Shown here: piece after piece, positions 28,395 to 38,047 of the stretch
How the letters are laid out: each line of letters starts with the position of its first letter
Numbering within the stretch: the stretch's first letter is position 1
The notes under the pieces: model-generated
What the model saw: only the letters and a program-made list of their open reading frames with translations
What the model was told of the DNA's origin: nothing
Database searches by the model: none
NCBI GenBank assembly: GCA_945918795.1
Contig: CAMEIT010000003.1
Span: 1 to 61,442 of the forward strand
Direction of reading: 5' to 3'
Length of the DNA stretch: 61,442 nucleotides
From: an uncultured Clostridia bacterium
Lineage (GTDB): Bacteria; Bacillota; Clostridia; HGM11327
Position numbers and translations under genes: made by a program

Positions 28395-30215
28395 TTGTAC
28401 AACAGTGCCAAAACACTTTCAATCCAAGCGTTTTCGGCAACGATTCCATTCGGTTTCTCAACACGATCCAAAGCCAGTGGACATCAACCTACATCAAATC
28501 TCAGAGATTTGTGCGGTTTACAGGCAAAAATGGGTATGACAAATAAAACGTCTTGCTTGCGCTATGACGGCCTTGTACAAAACCCACTCCTCCTGCGGCA
28601 GCAAACCTCCCATGTCTAACAGGATCATCCGCTCTCGGCGGCGTCCTCAATTCCTTCGTTCTGCCTGTCCACAGTTGGGTGCCGCTGATGCTCCTTTGCG
28701 GGATCGTTGTCCCATGGTGTAACTTCTGGCGGCTACCGGCTCTGTATTTGTTGATCTTGCATTCCTGCTCCCCGGCACCATTGAACTGGCGGACGCTTCC
28801 CGGCTACAGGGTTTTCTTGTGTCAGGCTGCTGCTAACTCCGGACGGACGATGTCCATCCTCAGTTTCTCCGGATCATAATCCACACCACGTTTCAGAATG
28901 GCGTAGAATACCCGGATCAGCTTACAGCCTGCTGCGATGATGGCCTGTTTGCCCTTGAGCGGATTCTTCTGCCGGGTCCTGAAGTACTGATACACTTCAC
29001 GGAACTCAGCATTGTTCTGAATCATGGGCAGCATGACCTGAAACAGAATCTTTCTCAGCTTTTTTCTTCCTCGCTTGCTGATAGAGCTTCTGCCGTGATG
29101 CTTGCCGGAGCTGTTCTCTTTCAGTTCCAGTCCAGCCAGCTTCTGAATCTGCTTCGGTGAGTCGAAGCGCTGTATATCCCCCACCTCTGACAGAAATCCA
29201 GCTACTGTGATGAGCCCTACTCCCTTGATGGAGAGCAGCTTCTCGGCATACGGTACCTTCAGCGTTTCCGCTTCCAGCACCGCTGTGACCTTCTCCAGCT
29301 GTGCCTCTTTTGTCCTGTAATCCTCCAGAAGCAGCTGCATTTCCATGCGGGCGCATTCGCCGCCATCGAGACCAATACTGTTATGTGCAGCCTCTACCAG
29401 GGTCTGCGCCCTCTTCATACCGACTGCACGCAGCTTTTTGTCCCGCCAGAGACGGTTGACTCCCTCTGCTCCCAGCTTCACCACATCCTTCGGCAACGGT
29501 GCTGTTTCCAGCACGGTCAGGCCGCTTTCTGCGGAGAATTTCTTATAGACTGTGAGATACTCTGGAAAATATATCTTAAGCCAGCGTTTGATCCGGTTCG
29601 TGGCATCGTTCAGCTCCTTCACGATCCGGTCCCGGCTTGAGACCGCTTCCCGCAAATCTGCGTAGATTCCCTCTGGGAGATATGGATAGCTGTACCGGCC
29701 ATCCACTACCAGCTTTGCGATGGTTTTTGGATCTTTCAGATCCGTCTTCTTGGGGCTATTGTCATCCAATTCCTTGATTTGCTTCACATGGTACGGGTTG
29801 ACAAGAGCCAGATTGATCTGTTGCTCTTTCAGATAACGGGCAAGATTGAACCAATAATGCCCCGTGGGCTCGCAGCCCACGATGACCTGCTCAGCGGACG
29901 CGATGGTCTGGTACCTTCTCAGGTACGCCAGAAAGCTTTGGAAGCCTTCCAGGCTGTTGCTAAAGCGAAATACCTTCTTGGATAGCTCCTGCCCACGCCA
30001 GTTCAATACGCGGGCAAAGTTCGTCTCGCTCCCGATATCTACTCCGACAATTAAAGTTCTCTCAGTGACTTGCGCAATCTTGAAATTCTGTGTATAATTC
30101 ATGGTGAACCTCCGGTTTCATTGGGTTGTGACATCCGGCCAGATGCACCTCAATTTTATCGTGAGGTTCTTCTCTTTTCAATTGGCACGTTTTACGAGTT
30201 ACAGGAATGCTCCTT
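28395..30215 (-). mobile_element. IS110-family insertion sequence (ends approximate)
   Basis: A markedly GC-richer block inside AT-rich EPS genes. It contains a DEDD-type transposase with about 115 nt of 5' and about 425 nt of 3' non-coding sequence. I could identify no terminal inverted repeats, which is usual for IS110. Confidence 0.75.
28822..30102 (-). CDS. IS110-family transposase (DEDD N-terminal domain plus Transposase_20 C-terminal domain)
   Basis: LIVGVDIGSETNF (first Asp), VGCEPTGHYW and LVNPYHVKQ motifs. C-terminal LLSIKGVGLITVAGFLSEVGDIQRF (HhH) and SGKHHGRSSISKRGRKKLR motifs. Confidence 0.9.
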   Translation of the reverse strand: MNYTQNFKIAQVTERTLIVGVDIGSETNFARVLNWRGQELSKKVFRFSNSLEGFQSFLAYLRRYQTIASAEQVIVGCEPTGHYWFNLARYLKEQQINLALVNPYHVKQIKELDDNSPKKTDLKDPKTIAKLVVDGRYSYPYLPEGIYADLREAVSSRDRIVKELNDATNRIKRWLKIYFPEYLTVYKKFSAESGLTVLETAPLPKDVVKLGAEGVNRLWRDKKLRAVGMKRAQTLVEAAHNSIGLDGGECARMEMQLLLEDYRTKEAQLEKVTAVLEAETLKVPYAEKLLSIKGVGLITVAGFLSEVGDIQRFDSPKQIQKLAGLELKENSSGKHHGRSSISKRGRKKLRKILFQVMLPMIQNNAEFREVYQYFRTRQKNPLKGKQAIIAAGCKLIRVFYAILKRGVDYDPEKLRMDIVRPELAAA

Positions 30216-30220
30216 TTTTA

Positions 30221-31396
30221 CTAATTAAAAAGCTGTAAGACTCTTTCCATTTCGAACGAATTTGAATAGTCTCTGGATTCAACAACTCTTTTCATATCCA
30301 TAACTTTACTCGGGTTGTTTATCATTTCTTTAATTCCGTAATATACTGCTTCGTCTGTATTGTCCAAAATCAGACCATCCACATTATTTTCTACTTGACC
30401 CTCAGCAGATGCATAATTTGTGACTACTGGTACTAAACCAAGCATCATTGCTTCAGTAACAGCCATTGGCTTTCCTTCAAATCTAGATGGCAAAAAGAAT
30501 ACGTCGCATTTTGCCATATAAGGAAATGGATTCGCTTTGTACCCCAAAGGAATAACGACATCTTGTAATCCTTCCTTTTCAATTATTAAGCTCAGTTGAT
30601 CAAAATCCTGTCCATCTCCGATAATGTACCATCTAATACCGTTCAGAGCGCCTTGGCTTTTTAACCGAATTAAAGCATTTAAAGCCCTGTCTATTCCCTT
30701 ATGATAGAATGAAATTCTACATGTGGTTACCAAATTCAATCTATCCTTTTCGATTTCAAAATCAACACTTTGCATCGCTTTTGCTCGTATGGTGTCTGAA
30801 ATTAAAATATTCTCTATACATATTGCTTTAGATGCGAATTGTGGTACGACCTGCTGGAACTTTTTAAGACATTCATCAGATACAAAGACAATATTATCTA
30901 TATTAGAGAATACCTTTCTGTCATACTTCCCCCTAAATTTCGCAGCAACATAATCAAAATGAATCCATGCTATTTTTTTCTCGGCTTTGACATTATCTAC
31001 CAAGTAATACATGGACCATAGTTCCAAAAAAGAAATCGCTATATCATATTTCTTTTCTACTTTGCGGCACAATCTAACTGTATCATGTTGAATCAATTGT
31101 TGTCCCGTAATGGCCTGACCTGATTTAGCTGATGCAAGCTTTCCTCTTAAATATGTTAAATTGCTTCTCAAGGATAACAATTTCCTATACCGGATTTTCT
31201 TCCGAGAATCATACTTGCATGCAAATGGCAGCACATTTACATATGCAGGCAATTCATCATGCAAAGGCCCCAATTCATTAAAAAAAAGTATATCTACATT
31301 GTATTCATTTTGATCTAACAAACGTAAAATAGATAGGAGACTGGTAGTACTTCCTCCTTTCATCATACTCGGATAGATTATTAATATATCTTTCAT
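30221..31396 (-). CDS. glycosyltransferase family 4
   Basis: FFLPSRFEGKPMAVTEAMMLGLVPVVTN (EX7E). Confidence 0.85.
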   Translation of the reverse strand: MKDILIIYPSMMKGGSTTSLLSILRLLDQNEYNVDILFFNELGPLHDELPAYVNVLPFACKYDSRKKIRYRKLLSLRSNLTYLRGKLASAKSGQAITGQQLIQHDTVRLCRKVEKKYDIAISFLELWSMYYLVDNVKAEKKIAWIHFDYVAAKFRGKYDRKVFSNIDNIVFVSDECLKKFQQVVPQFASKAICIENILISDTIRAKAMQSVDFEIEKDRLNLVTTCRISFYHKGIDRALNALIRLKSQGALNGIRWYIIGDGQDFDQLSLIIEKEGLQDVVIPLGYKANPFPYMAKCDVFFLPSRFEGKPMAVTEAMMLGLVPVVTNYASAEGQVENNVDGLILDNTDEAVYYGIKEMINNPSKVMDMKRVVESRDYSNSFEMERVLQLFN

Positions 31397-31414
31397 TTAT
31401 TTTGTTTCTCCTTA

Positions 31415-31999
31415 TCATTCATTCGGTACATCTTTTACATATTTTGCCGGGTTGCCCGCCCAAATTTCCCCATCCGGCACCGATTTTGTTACAACAGAGC
31501 CAGCACCTATGACAGAATGACGTCCGATGCTTACACCCTTCAAAATAATCGAATGAGCACCGATAAATGCGCCTTCATGAATGATAATCGATCCACATTT
31601 GATGTTCTTATCTCCTTCTGGATTTACACGATCGCTGTATCGAATCGAATGAAAATCTGTATCATAGAGTTTTACTCCTCCGCCAATAAGAACATTATCT
31701 TCCAAAACTACCTCTTTGTTAGCAACAATCGTAACATTTGACAATCCGCATTTATTGCCGATAACAATCTTTCCATGCGTTCCAAAGTTAAAGACACACC
31801 TTACATCTCCACCAATAGGGTTTGCTCTTTTTCCAGAACTAATTGTACAGTTGTTACCAATTTCAATAGTTCCTCCTCCCGATGTCGAAACAATTCCATG
31901 AAACTGTGTTTTTTTCCCAATCCGTACATGATATTTTTTTAGCGCAATGATATTCATTATGTTATCGAGTCTATTTTTGATACTACTTACTAAAAACAT
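31415..31999 (-). CDS. hexapeptide-repeat (LbH) acetyltransferase
   Basis: Start moved to MFLVSSIKN (AAGAGGGAG RBS), which avoids overlap with the upstream GT. Hexapeptides include IGNNCTISSG, IGNKCGLSNVTIV and IGAHSIILKGVSIGRHSVIGAGSVV. Confidence 0.8.
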   Translation of the reverse strand: MFLVSSIKNRLDNIMNIIALKKYHVRIGKKTQFHGIVSTSGGGTIEIGNNCTISSGKRANPIGGDVRCVFNFGTHGKIVIGNKCGLSNVTIVANKEVVLEDNVLIGGGVKLYDTDFHSIRYSDRVNPEGDKNIKCGSIIIHEGAFIGAHSIILKGVSIGRHSVIGAGSVVTKSVPDGEIWAGNPAKYVKDVPNE

Positions 32000-32012
32000 T
32001 TCTACTCCCTCT

Positions 32013-33137
32013 TTATAAAATGGATAAAATAAGCTTTCCAACTTTATTAGGTAGATTATACTCACATAGAGCATCTATTTTATTTTTCATTTTACCTTTT
32101 TCGCTATATAGGCTCTTTATTGCCTCCGCCAGCTTTTCAGGGTCATCGTCTTCATAATAAGCAAATGCCTCGCCGGCAAACGATTTAACCTCGTCAATGT
32201 CTGAGGAAACGATCATATTTCCAGTTGCAATATATTCAAATAGTTTTGATGGAAATGAAGCTTTCGCAAATGTATTTTTCGATAGCTGACATTGAACTAG
32301 AACGTCGCTCTGCATCATTAACTTCTGCACTTCTTCATACGGAATAAATCCCTTAAAATCCACTCTTGGATCATCGCTCTCAATATTTCCTTTTCCGCTC
32401 ACAATAACGCAGCAATCCATATCATTGTACTTCAAGGACTCAAGAAATACTCCAATGCCACGTTCTTCATCAAGTCCTCCTGAATACAAAATCGTTGGCT
32501 TTTCATTCTTTTCTTTTTTATATTCCTTACATTTTCTGAAGAATTCGTTATTTACTATTCCTCTCACAACGACACTCGGTACAGAATAATACTTCTTTAA
32601 GTGTGAATTGACCAAAATAGCTGAATCGACACTTTTTTTCACTTTTTCTTCCGTAAAATTGAAAATCCATGCCTTTAGTCCGTGAATTTCACCAACGTGT
32701 GAATACCCATCTTCATATTCAACCGTAATTGGAATATGAAGCCTTTTCTTTGCCAACCACGCAGCCCATGCAACTTCTGGTTTGTAGTTGTAAAAAATAA
32801 TATTATCTACTTTTCTCGTTGCGTTCTCTTTCTTTATCTGATTATACATAAAGAAAATCGAACTAATTGTATTTATCAGCGGAAAATCAATAATAGAGCA
32901 ATATATAATATCCACATTTAATGCCCTGTCCTCCAATTTTTTATAGAATTTTCCGCTTTTTCCATTAACAAGACCACTCGATAATATTTTAACCTCACAA
33001 TCATTTGCTGTAAGCGCCTCGGTAATTCCAGAAACTTTATTGTTTGCAGGCTGTGAAAATATGGTATGGTTTTTTCGACACTTGACAACTTTTTCCGTCA
33101 TGAAGTTATTCAGATATAATATTCTTCTCATTTTCAT
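32013..33137 (-). CDS. glycosyltransferase (GT-B, GT4-like)
   Basis: 374 aa with a C-terminal SFPSKLFEYIATGNMIVSS sugar-donor-binding motif. ATGA overlap with the upstream GT. Confidence 0.75.
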   Translation of the reverse strand: MKMRRILYLNNFMTEKVVKCRKNHTIFSQPANNKVSGITEALTANDCEVKILSSGLVNGKSGKFYKKLEDRALNVDIIYCSIIDFPLINTISSIFFMYNQIKKENATRKVDNIIFYNYKPEVAWAAWLAKKRLHIPITVEYEDGYSHVGEIHGLKAWIFNFTEEKVKKSVDSAILVNSHLKKYYSVPSVVVRGIVNNEFFRKCKEYKKEKNEKPTILYSGGLDEERGIGVFLESLKYNDMDCCVIVSGKGNIESDDPRVDFKGFIPYEEVQKLMMQSDVLVQCQLSKNTFAKASFPSKLFEYIATGNMIVSSDIDEVKSFAGEAFAYYEDDDPEKLAEAIKSLYSEKGKMKNKIDALCEYNLPNKVGKLILSIL

Positions 33138-34270
33138 AGCATCTTTCTATACAAATTCAAATCTTTCCCAGAATTTGTTTTTTGATCTATATATGTATTA
33201 TTAAACTCGAGCATTTTATTAATGTCTTCCTGATTTGCCTTGACCAGTCTATTTATAATCTCAATAAACTTCTCCTGCTCGCTCAATTTTGCGCCTATAT
33301 TCAAATACTCAATATAATCATCCCAAGGAGTTACTCCTTTGCTCAAAATGCAAAGGCAGTTATTCATCATTGCTTCAACAATTACATGACCATAATTCTC
33401 ACCCAGTGTAGGAAAGAAGAAAGCATGGTATTGTTCAAAAATATGTGGAATATCCTTATGTTCTGCCTCACCACAATACTTCACCCTGACATTATCAGGC
33501 ATCTTTTTCATGATTTCTTCACACTCAGCCCAATAGCTCTTATCTTCCATTGGTCCGTAAATGTCAAAAAAAACATTTCCTTCAGTGATTTTACTCAGTA
33601 CCTCAAGTGCATACTTAATATTCTTTTTCGGAAAAATTCTGGAGACGAATACCAATCTCAGCTCACTCGGTTTTTTTGAGATGCAAGGCTTTTTCGGAAT
33701 AAACTTTGCTGGCAAATTGGGAACAGTAAACACGTTTGCTTTTGCAAATTTATGCTTTATGTCGCGCTCTTCAATTTCACTTGTTGCATGCCACAGAAGC
33801 CCGCTATACAAGCCAAGTAATTTTACCAGGTAAATATAGGAGTACTTCTTTAATTTCTTATTTTCACAACCACCTGTAAAATCACCTCGCGGTGTTAAAA
33901 TTACAGGCTTCTTCTTAAGCTTTCCCATACGGCGGAGAAGTAGTGGACGAATAGTGAAAATAGGAGAGAAAAAGCCATTCAGGTACATTACATCATAATC
34001 GATGCTGTTGATCACTTCTTCAAAACCTTTTAAGTCCTGCTTATCAGGGCTAAGATAATACACCTTTGCGTGACCCACTTCATTCCACTGGTTAATCTGC
34101 ACATCACTGTACGGTACAGTTTCCTTATAATCCCTATCTGCGCAAAGAACATAAAAATCAATCTGCTCATACAAATTTTCAACCATGTTAATGCAGGACT
34201 GAATGGGACCACCGCCCTTATATCCGGGTGCATATTGCCCATTTAAAATCAAAACACTTCTTTTTTCCAT
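33134..34270 (-). CDS. glycosyltransferase family 4
   Basis: FFFPTLGENYGHVIVEAMMNNCLCILS (EX7E) and an N-terminal GGGPIQS motif. Confidence 0.8.
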   Translation of the reverse strand: MEKRSVLILNGQYAPGYKGGGPIQSCINMVENLYEQIDFYVLCADRDYKETVPYSDVQINQWNEVGHAKVYYLSPDKQDLKGFEEVINSIDYDVMYLNGFFSPIFTIRPLLLRRMGKLKKKPVILTPRGDFTGGCENKKLKKYSYIYLVKLLGLYSGLLWHATSEIEERDIKHKFAKANVFTVPNLPAKFIPKKPCISKKPSELRLVFVSRIFPKKNIKYALEVLSKITEGNVFFDIYGPMEDKSYWAECEEIMKKMPDNVRVKYCGEAEHKDIPHIFEQYHAFFFPTLGENYGHVIVEAMMNNCLCILSKGVTPWDDYIEYLNIGAKLSEQEKFIEIINRLVKANQEDINKMLEFNNTYIDQKTNSGKDLNLYRKML

Positions 34271-34285
34271 CTATTTCACCCATTC

Positions 34286-35164
34286 TCAATCTTTTAAAGC
34301 TCCTTGCTTTTCCATCTTTACTCCTAACTTCTCACACTCATACAGCTTGGCATCTACCAAATAGCGATACCAGTATGCCTGCAAGAATGTATATATCTTT
34401 CCTTCTGTTCCATCTAAAAAGCCTAATCTGAAGTAATATCTGTAAATAAAATACAAGTGTGCTCTAAAAAACTTCGGCAAGCTGTAGTACCCATGATTCT
34501 TCACGAATCGCTTTACTTTGGCCTGCATAGAAGTTGAAGTTTCTTCTACAGATTCCTCACCGTTCAAAGCATCCGATTTCGCCTGCTGATCCAGCACTTC
34601 CTTATTAGAATACCAGTTATGTTTATTGATCCACCATTCAAGAGACTTATTGTTGTTGTCAAAAAAATCATTTTTGAATGTAACGACATCTCCATCTGTA
34701 ACAATAAGATGCTCATCCATCAGCTTCATCTCGGACATTCCATAACCCACACGGAAAATTCTCAGTAACAGTTCTGGATATTTACCTCCATGTTTGAGCC
34801 ACTTTCCCATGAAGTAGACCCTTCGCCGGAGAATAACACCATTTACATTAGGCGGAAGTTTATCCAGTTTTTCGCCGATCTCATCAGCAAGCTCCGGTGT
34901 GAATTCTTCATCCGCATCAACCTTCATCACCCACTCTGTCTGGAGATTGACATTATCGAGTGCCCAGTTAAACTGCGCAGCATGGTTTTCAAACGGATGC
35001 TCATAGACTTCCGCTCCTAGTGATTTGGCCAGCTCAACTGTATTATCCGTCGAGTAAGAGTCAACAATCACAATACGCTGTGCAACACCTTTAAAGGATA
35101 CAATGCACTTTTCTAGGTTTTGTTCCTCATTTTTTGTGAGGATAATAATCGTTAAATTTGCCAT
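34286..35164 (-). CDS. glycosyltransferase family 2
   Basis: LTIIILTKNEEQNLEKC, VIVDSYSTDNT and VDADEE motifs. AGGAAAG RBS. Confidence 0.85.
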   Translation of the reverse strand: MANLTIIILTKNEEQNLEKCIVSFKGVAQRIVIVDSYSTDNTVELAKSLGAEVYEHPFENHAAQFNWALDNVNLQTEWVMKVDADEEFTPELADEIGEKLDKLPPNVNGVILRRRVYFMGKWLKHGGKYPELLLRIFRVGYGMSEMKLMDEHLIVTDGDVVTFKNDFFDNNNKSLEWWINKHNWYSNKEVLDQQAKSDALNGEESVEETSTSMQAKVKRFVKNHGYYSLPKFFRAHLYFIYRYYFRLGFLDGTEGKIYTFLQAYWYRYLVDAKLYECEKLGVKMEKQGALKD

Positions 35165-36152
35165 TTTTTATCTTTCCTATCGTGAGATACGTTACATACG
35201 ATAAAGTAACAGTAACAACTACAAAGACTAGAATTGATATTATCGAGGGTTCTACCATTCTTAAAGTAAACGCATGAACCAGATAGATTTCATATGAAAT
35301 CGTTCCGGTCAGCGCCAACATTCTGTTTTCAACAATTACACTAAATGCTTTTCCAAATGCTATAACGCCAATCGCCATCGGCAGACAAGTCAATAAAGCC
35401 ATAGCATTTGATACCAGGTAAGGCAGATCTTTAATTGATTGCAACTGTGTTACTGCCATAAAGAGAAGGCATGTTATACCCCCCGTTAAAATCAGAACAC
35501 TTTTCGTTTTTGTCAACGCATTCTCAATTTTTTCTTTGTTCATTGCAAGCAATACGCCGCACGGGAAGGACAGCATCTGCCTTGCTTGAAGAAACGGCAT
35601 ATTTGGATTTGCAAAAAACGCAGACTCCAGAACAAACCAGACGGCAAAGACACCGAGCAAAGTCATCATTTGCATCTTGTTATCTGTAACAAATCTTTTT
35701 ACCGTGTAGAAAATCAGATAACAAATGACGATATATCCCATGAACCATCCATATCCTGTTGCTGGTTTTCAAAAACAGAAATCAAGCAGATAGGTTTTGA
35801 CGGAAAATGTTCCTGAAGCTAAAAGCCCAATAAACTCGACCACCCAGAACGGCAGACACACACCTAACAATCGCTTCTTCCAGAAACCTTTCAAGCCATT
35901 CTTCTCATAAGATATTTCCAGCCCATAGCCGGAGCAAATTAGGAACAATGCCACACCAATTCCTGCAATGAATTGAATTCCACCCACGCCAAGTCTCGCA
36001 CCGCAATGCGCCCAAACAACAGTCAGAATCGCAAAGCCTTTAATTACTGTTGTATAGTTCCTATCCATCCACTGAAACTTTTCTGGTCTTTTTACAAAGC
36101 CGAGCAGATAGAAACCGAAAATAAGAATAGTAAGGATTGCAAAGTATTTCAT
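35127..36152 (-). pseudogene. acyltransferase family 3 gene interrupted by a single in-frame TGA
   Basis: ORF 35769..36152 (VIKGFAILTVVWAHC, LFLICSGYG) ends at TGA 35771-35769. The same frame continues KPATGYGWFMGYIV... (track ORF 35127..35741, with SYEIYLVH). Total 342 codons in one frame. Confidence 0.7.
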
Positions 36153-36736
36153 CTGCCATTGCCCTCCAGCCTCTTAATCACCCTCGCCGGGTTTCCGGCA
36201 ATCACGCAGTTATCTTCAAACCTCCCGGCAACAACCGCACCGGCACCGACAACACAACCATCGCCCAACACAGTTCCCTTCAAGATAATGCTGTTGCAAC
36301 CGATAAAGCAATCCTTGCCGATCTTGATCTCCCTGCTTGGTACCAGATCACTGTCTCCACCGTTCTCATTCCTCAACAGTTTGTTTCTCGCTTCTGCTTC
36401 AATCGGGTGGAAATCATTGTCCAAAATCTTGCAGTTTCCACCAATGCACGTGTTTTCACCTATCGTGATCTTCTTTCTGGCATAAATCGTTGCGCCGCTT
36501 ATCCCTACATTGTCTCCTATTTCGATTTCCGCACCCGGCGCACGGGTAACGATAATCGTCCGACTATAAAGGCCTACCAGATTGCTTAGAAAGCTACTCT
36601 TTATCGTAACATTGTCCCCAATCTTCAGCTTTGCTCCGCCTTTATTAAAAATAACCGGCACGCCCTTCAGCAAGAGGTTCTTTCCGTACTCTACTTTTGT
36701 CATCTTCATAACCAGTTTGAACCAGTTACTATTCAT
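36149..36736 (-). CDS. hexapeptide-repeat (LbH) acetyltransferase (WcaF-like)
   Basis: IGDNVTIKS, IGDNVGISGATIY, IGENTCIGGNCKI, IGKDCFIGCNSIILKGTVLGDGCVVGAGAVV. Confidence 0.8.
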   Translation of the reverse strand: MNSNWFKLVMKMTKVEYGKNLLLKGVPVIFNKGGAKLKIGDNVTIKSSFLSNLVGLYSRTIIVTRAPGAEIEIGDNVGISGATIYARKKITIGENTCIGGNCKILDNDFHPIEAEARNKLLRNENGGDSDLVPSREIKIGKDCFIGCNSIILKGTVLGDGCVVGAGAVVAGRFEDNCVIAGNPARVIKRLEGNGR

Positions 36737-36749
36737 CCCTCTCGCCTCC

Positions 36750-38015
36750 TTATAACTTCAATATCTCCTCAGCATACCGATTTACGCTCACATCTCCGGT
36801 CAGTTTTTCTTCCAGATACTTCCGACCGTTCATGCCCATCTGCTTTATTTCGGCATTATCGGCGTTCTCTATATACCAGCGGATAATATCCGCAACCCCA
36901 ACATAATCCCCCGGCTCACAGCATTTTCCGCATCCAATCTCGTCAATCAGCATCCGTACCTCAGAGCCTTCCTCGAGTACACCGATTATCGGCTTTCCAA
37001 CGCCCATAATGCCATATGCCTTTGACGGGCAAGACACACCTTTGATTCCCTTTGCATTTACGCACCAGTGTACGTCTCCGGCGTTTAAGGAATAGATAAG
37101 ATCATCTTTATCCTGGTATGGAATAAATACCACATTATCCATAAGGTGTTCTTTCACATATTCTTTCAAGTTCTCCAGCACTGAACCAGAGCCTACAAAT
37201 GCAAACACCACGTCTCTGCCGTATGCCGTTTTAGGCCCTGCCTTAAAGCCCTCTATCACCTTAATCAGGTTCTCCAGATCATAATATAATCCGATGTTCC
37301 CTGAATACATAATCACAAACTTGTCATCGAGTCCATATTTTTTTTTGAATTCAACAACCCTCGTATGATCTTTCGGCAACGGATAAATTTCTTTTTCGTC
37401 TATCCAGTTATTGATCATCACTGTCTTAGGTACTTTCTTTCCGGCAAATCGTTTCTCAACAGTCTCAACAAGATCGCGACCTACTGTGATAATCAAGTTG
37501 CTCCTCTTGCAACTGAACTTATCGAGACTCATCATAAGTCCTGTGATTATCTTGTTTTGGCTGTATCCGACTGCAAGTGTCTGTTCCGGATTAAAATCCT
37601 GAATATTGTAAATGTACTTCGCGTGCTTTATCCATTTACCCCATACACCAAGCAGTCCTCCCAAAATAGGCGGTTGAGAAATTGAAAAAACATAATCCAT
37701 TTTCCCAACTTTGAAAGTCGCCGACATTGCCCCGAAAAAATAAGACACTATGTTCTTAATACGGCTTTTCTTATTGGTTTTGCTGAATTCCGGCACTCGG
37801 ATACGGAGAACCTTAACTCCGTTGATGTTTTCTTCATAGTATTTCCGAGTCTTATATTTATCCTCAATGGTTCCGAGATAAGACGGGACTACACAAATAA
37901 CCGTAATATCAAACTTGTCAAGCATTCCCTCGGCAAGTTCGCGAAGGATCTGTCCCGTCGATGCCGTATCCGGTATATAGTAATGTGCATAAATAAGCAG
38001 CTTTTTCTTTTGCAT
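36750..38015 (-). CDS. glycosyltransferase family 4 (WcaI/WbuB-like)
   Basis: LLIYAHYYIPDTASTGQIL N-terminus typical of the WcaI type. C-terminal CPSKAYGIMGVGKPIIG. Confidence 0.8.
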   Translation of the reverse strand: MQKKKLLIYAHYYIPDTASTGQILRELAEGMLDKFDITVICVVPSYLGTIEDKYKTRKYYEENINGVKVLRIRVPEFSKTNKKSRIKNIVSYFFGAMSATFKVGKMDYVFSISQPPILGGLLGVWGKWIKHAKYIYNIQDFNPEQTLAVGYSQNKIITGLMMSLDKFSCKRSNLIITVGRDLVETVEKRFAGKKVPKTVMINNWIDEKEIYPLPKDHTRVVEFKKKYGLDDKFVIMYSGNIGLYYDLENLIKVIEGFKAGPKTAYGRDVVFAFVGSGSVLENLKEYVKEHLMDNVVFIPYQDKDDLIYSLNAGDVHWCVNAKGIKGVSCPSKAYGIMGVGKPIIGVLEEGSEVRMLIDEIGCGKCCEPGDYVGVADIIRWYIENADNAEIKQMGMNGRKYLEEKLTGDVSVNRYAEEILKL

Positions 38016-38047
38016 TCCTGCATTCCTCTATATTTTCATTTTCCTTA

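Noticed and set aside
28395-28879. Plus-strand ORFs 28395..28619 and 28679..28879 in the IS 3' arm
   Set aside because: They are on the opposite strand to the transposase, lack RBSs and have Pro/Leu/Cys-rich translations. The second overlaps the transposase 3' end. The region is better explained as non-coding IS sequence.
19182-36152. Genetic-code reassignment of TGA (as in code 4/25) to explain two in-frame TGA codons
   Set aside because: Many well-defined genes here end at TGA at the expected protein ends: CorA at 3884, the 9205..10191 gene before the repeat array, the oxidoreductase at 12338, the kinase at 14138 with an ATGA overlap, and the anti-sigma gene at 4046. Reading through those would add long nonsense tails. 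The standard code 11 applies.
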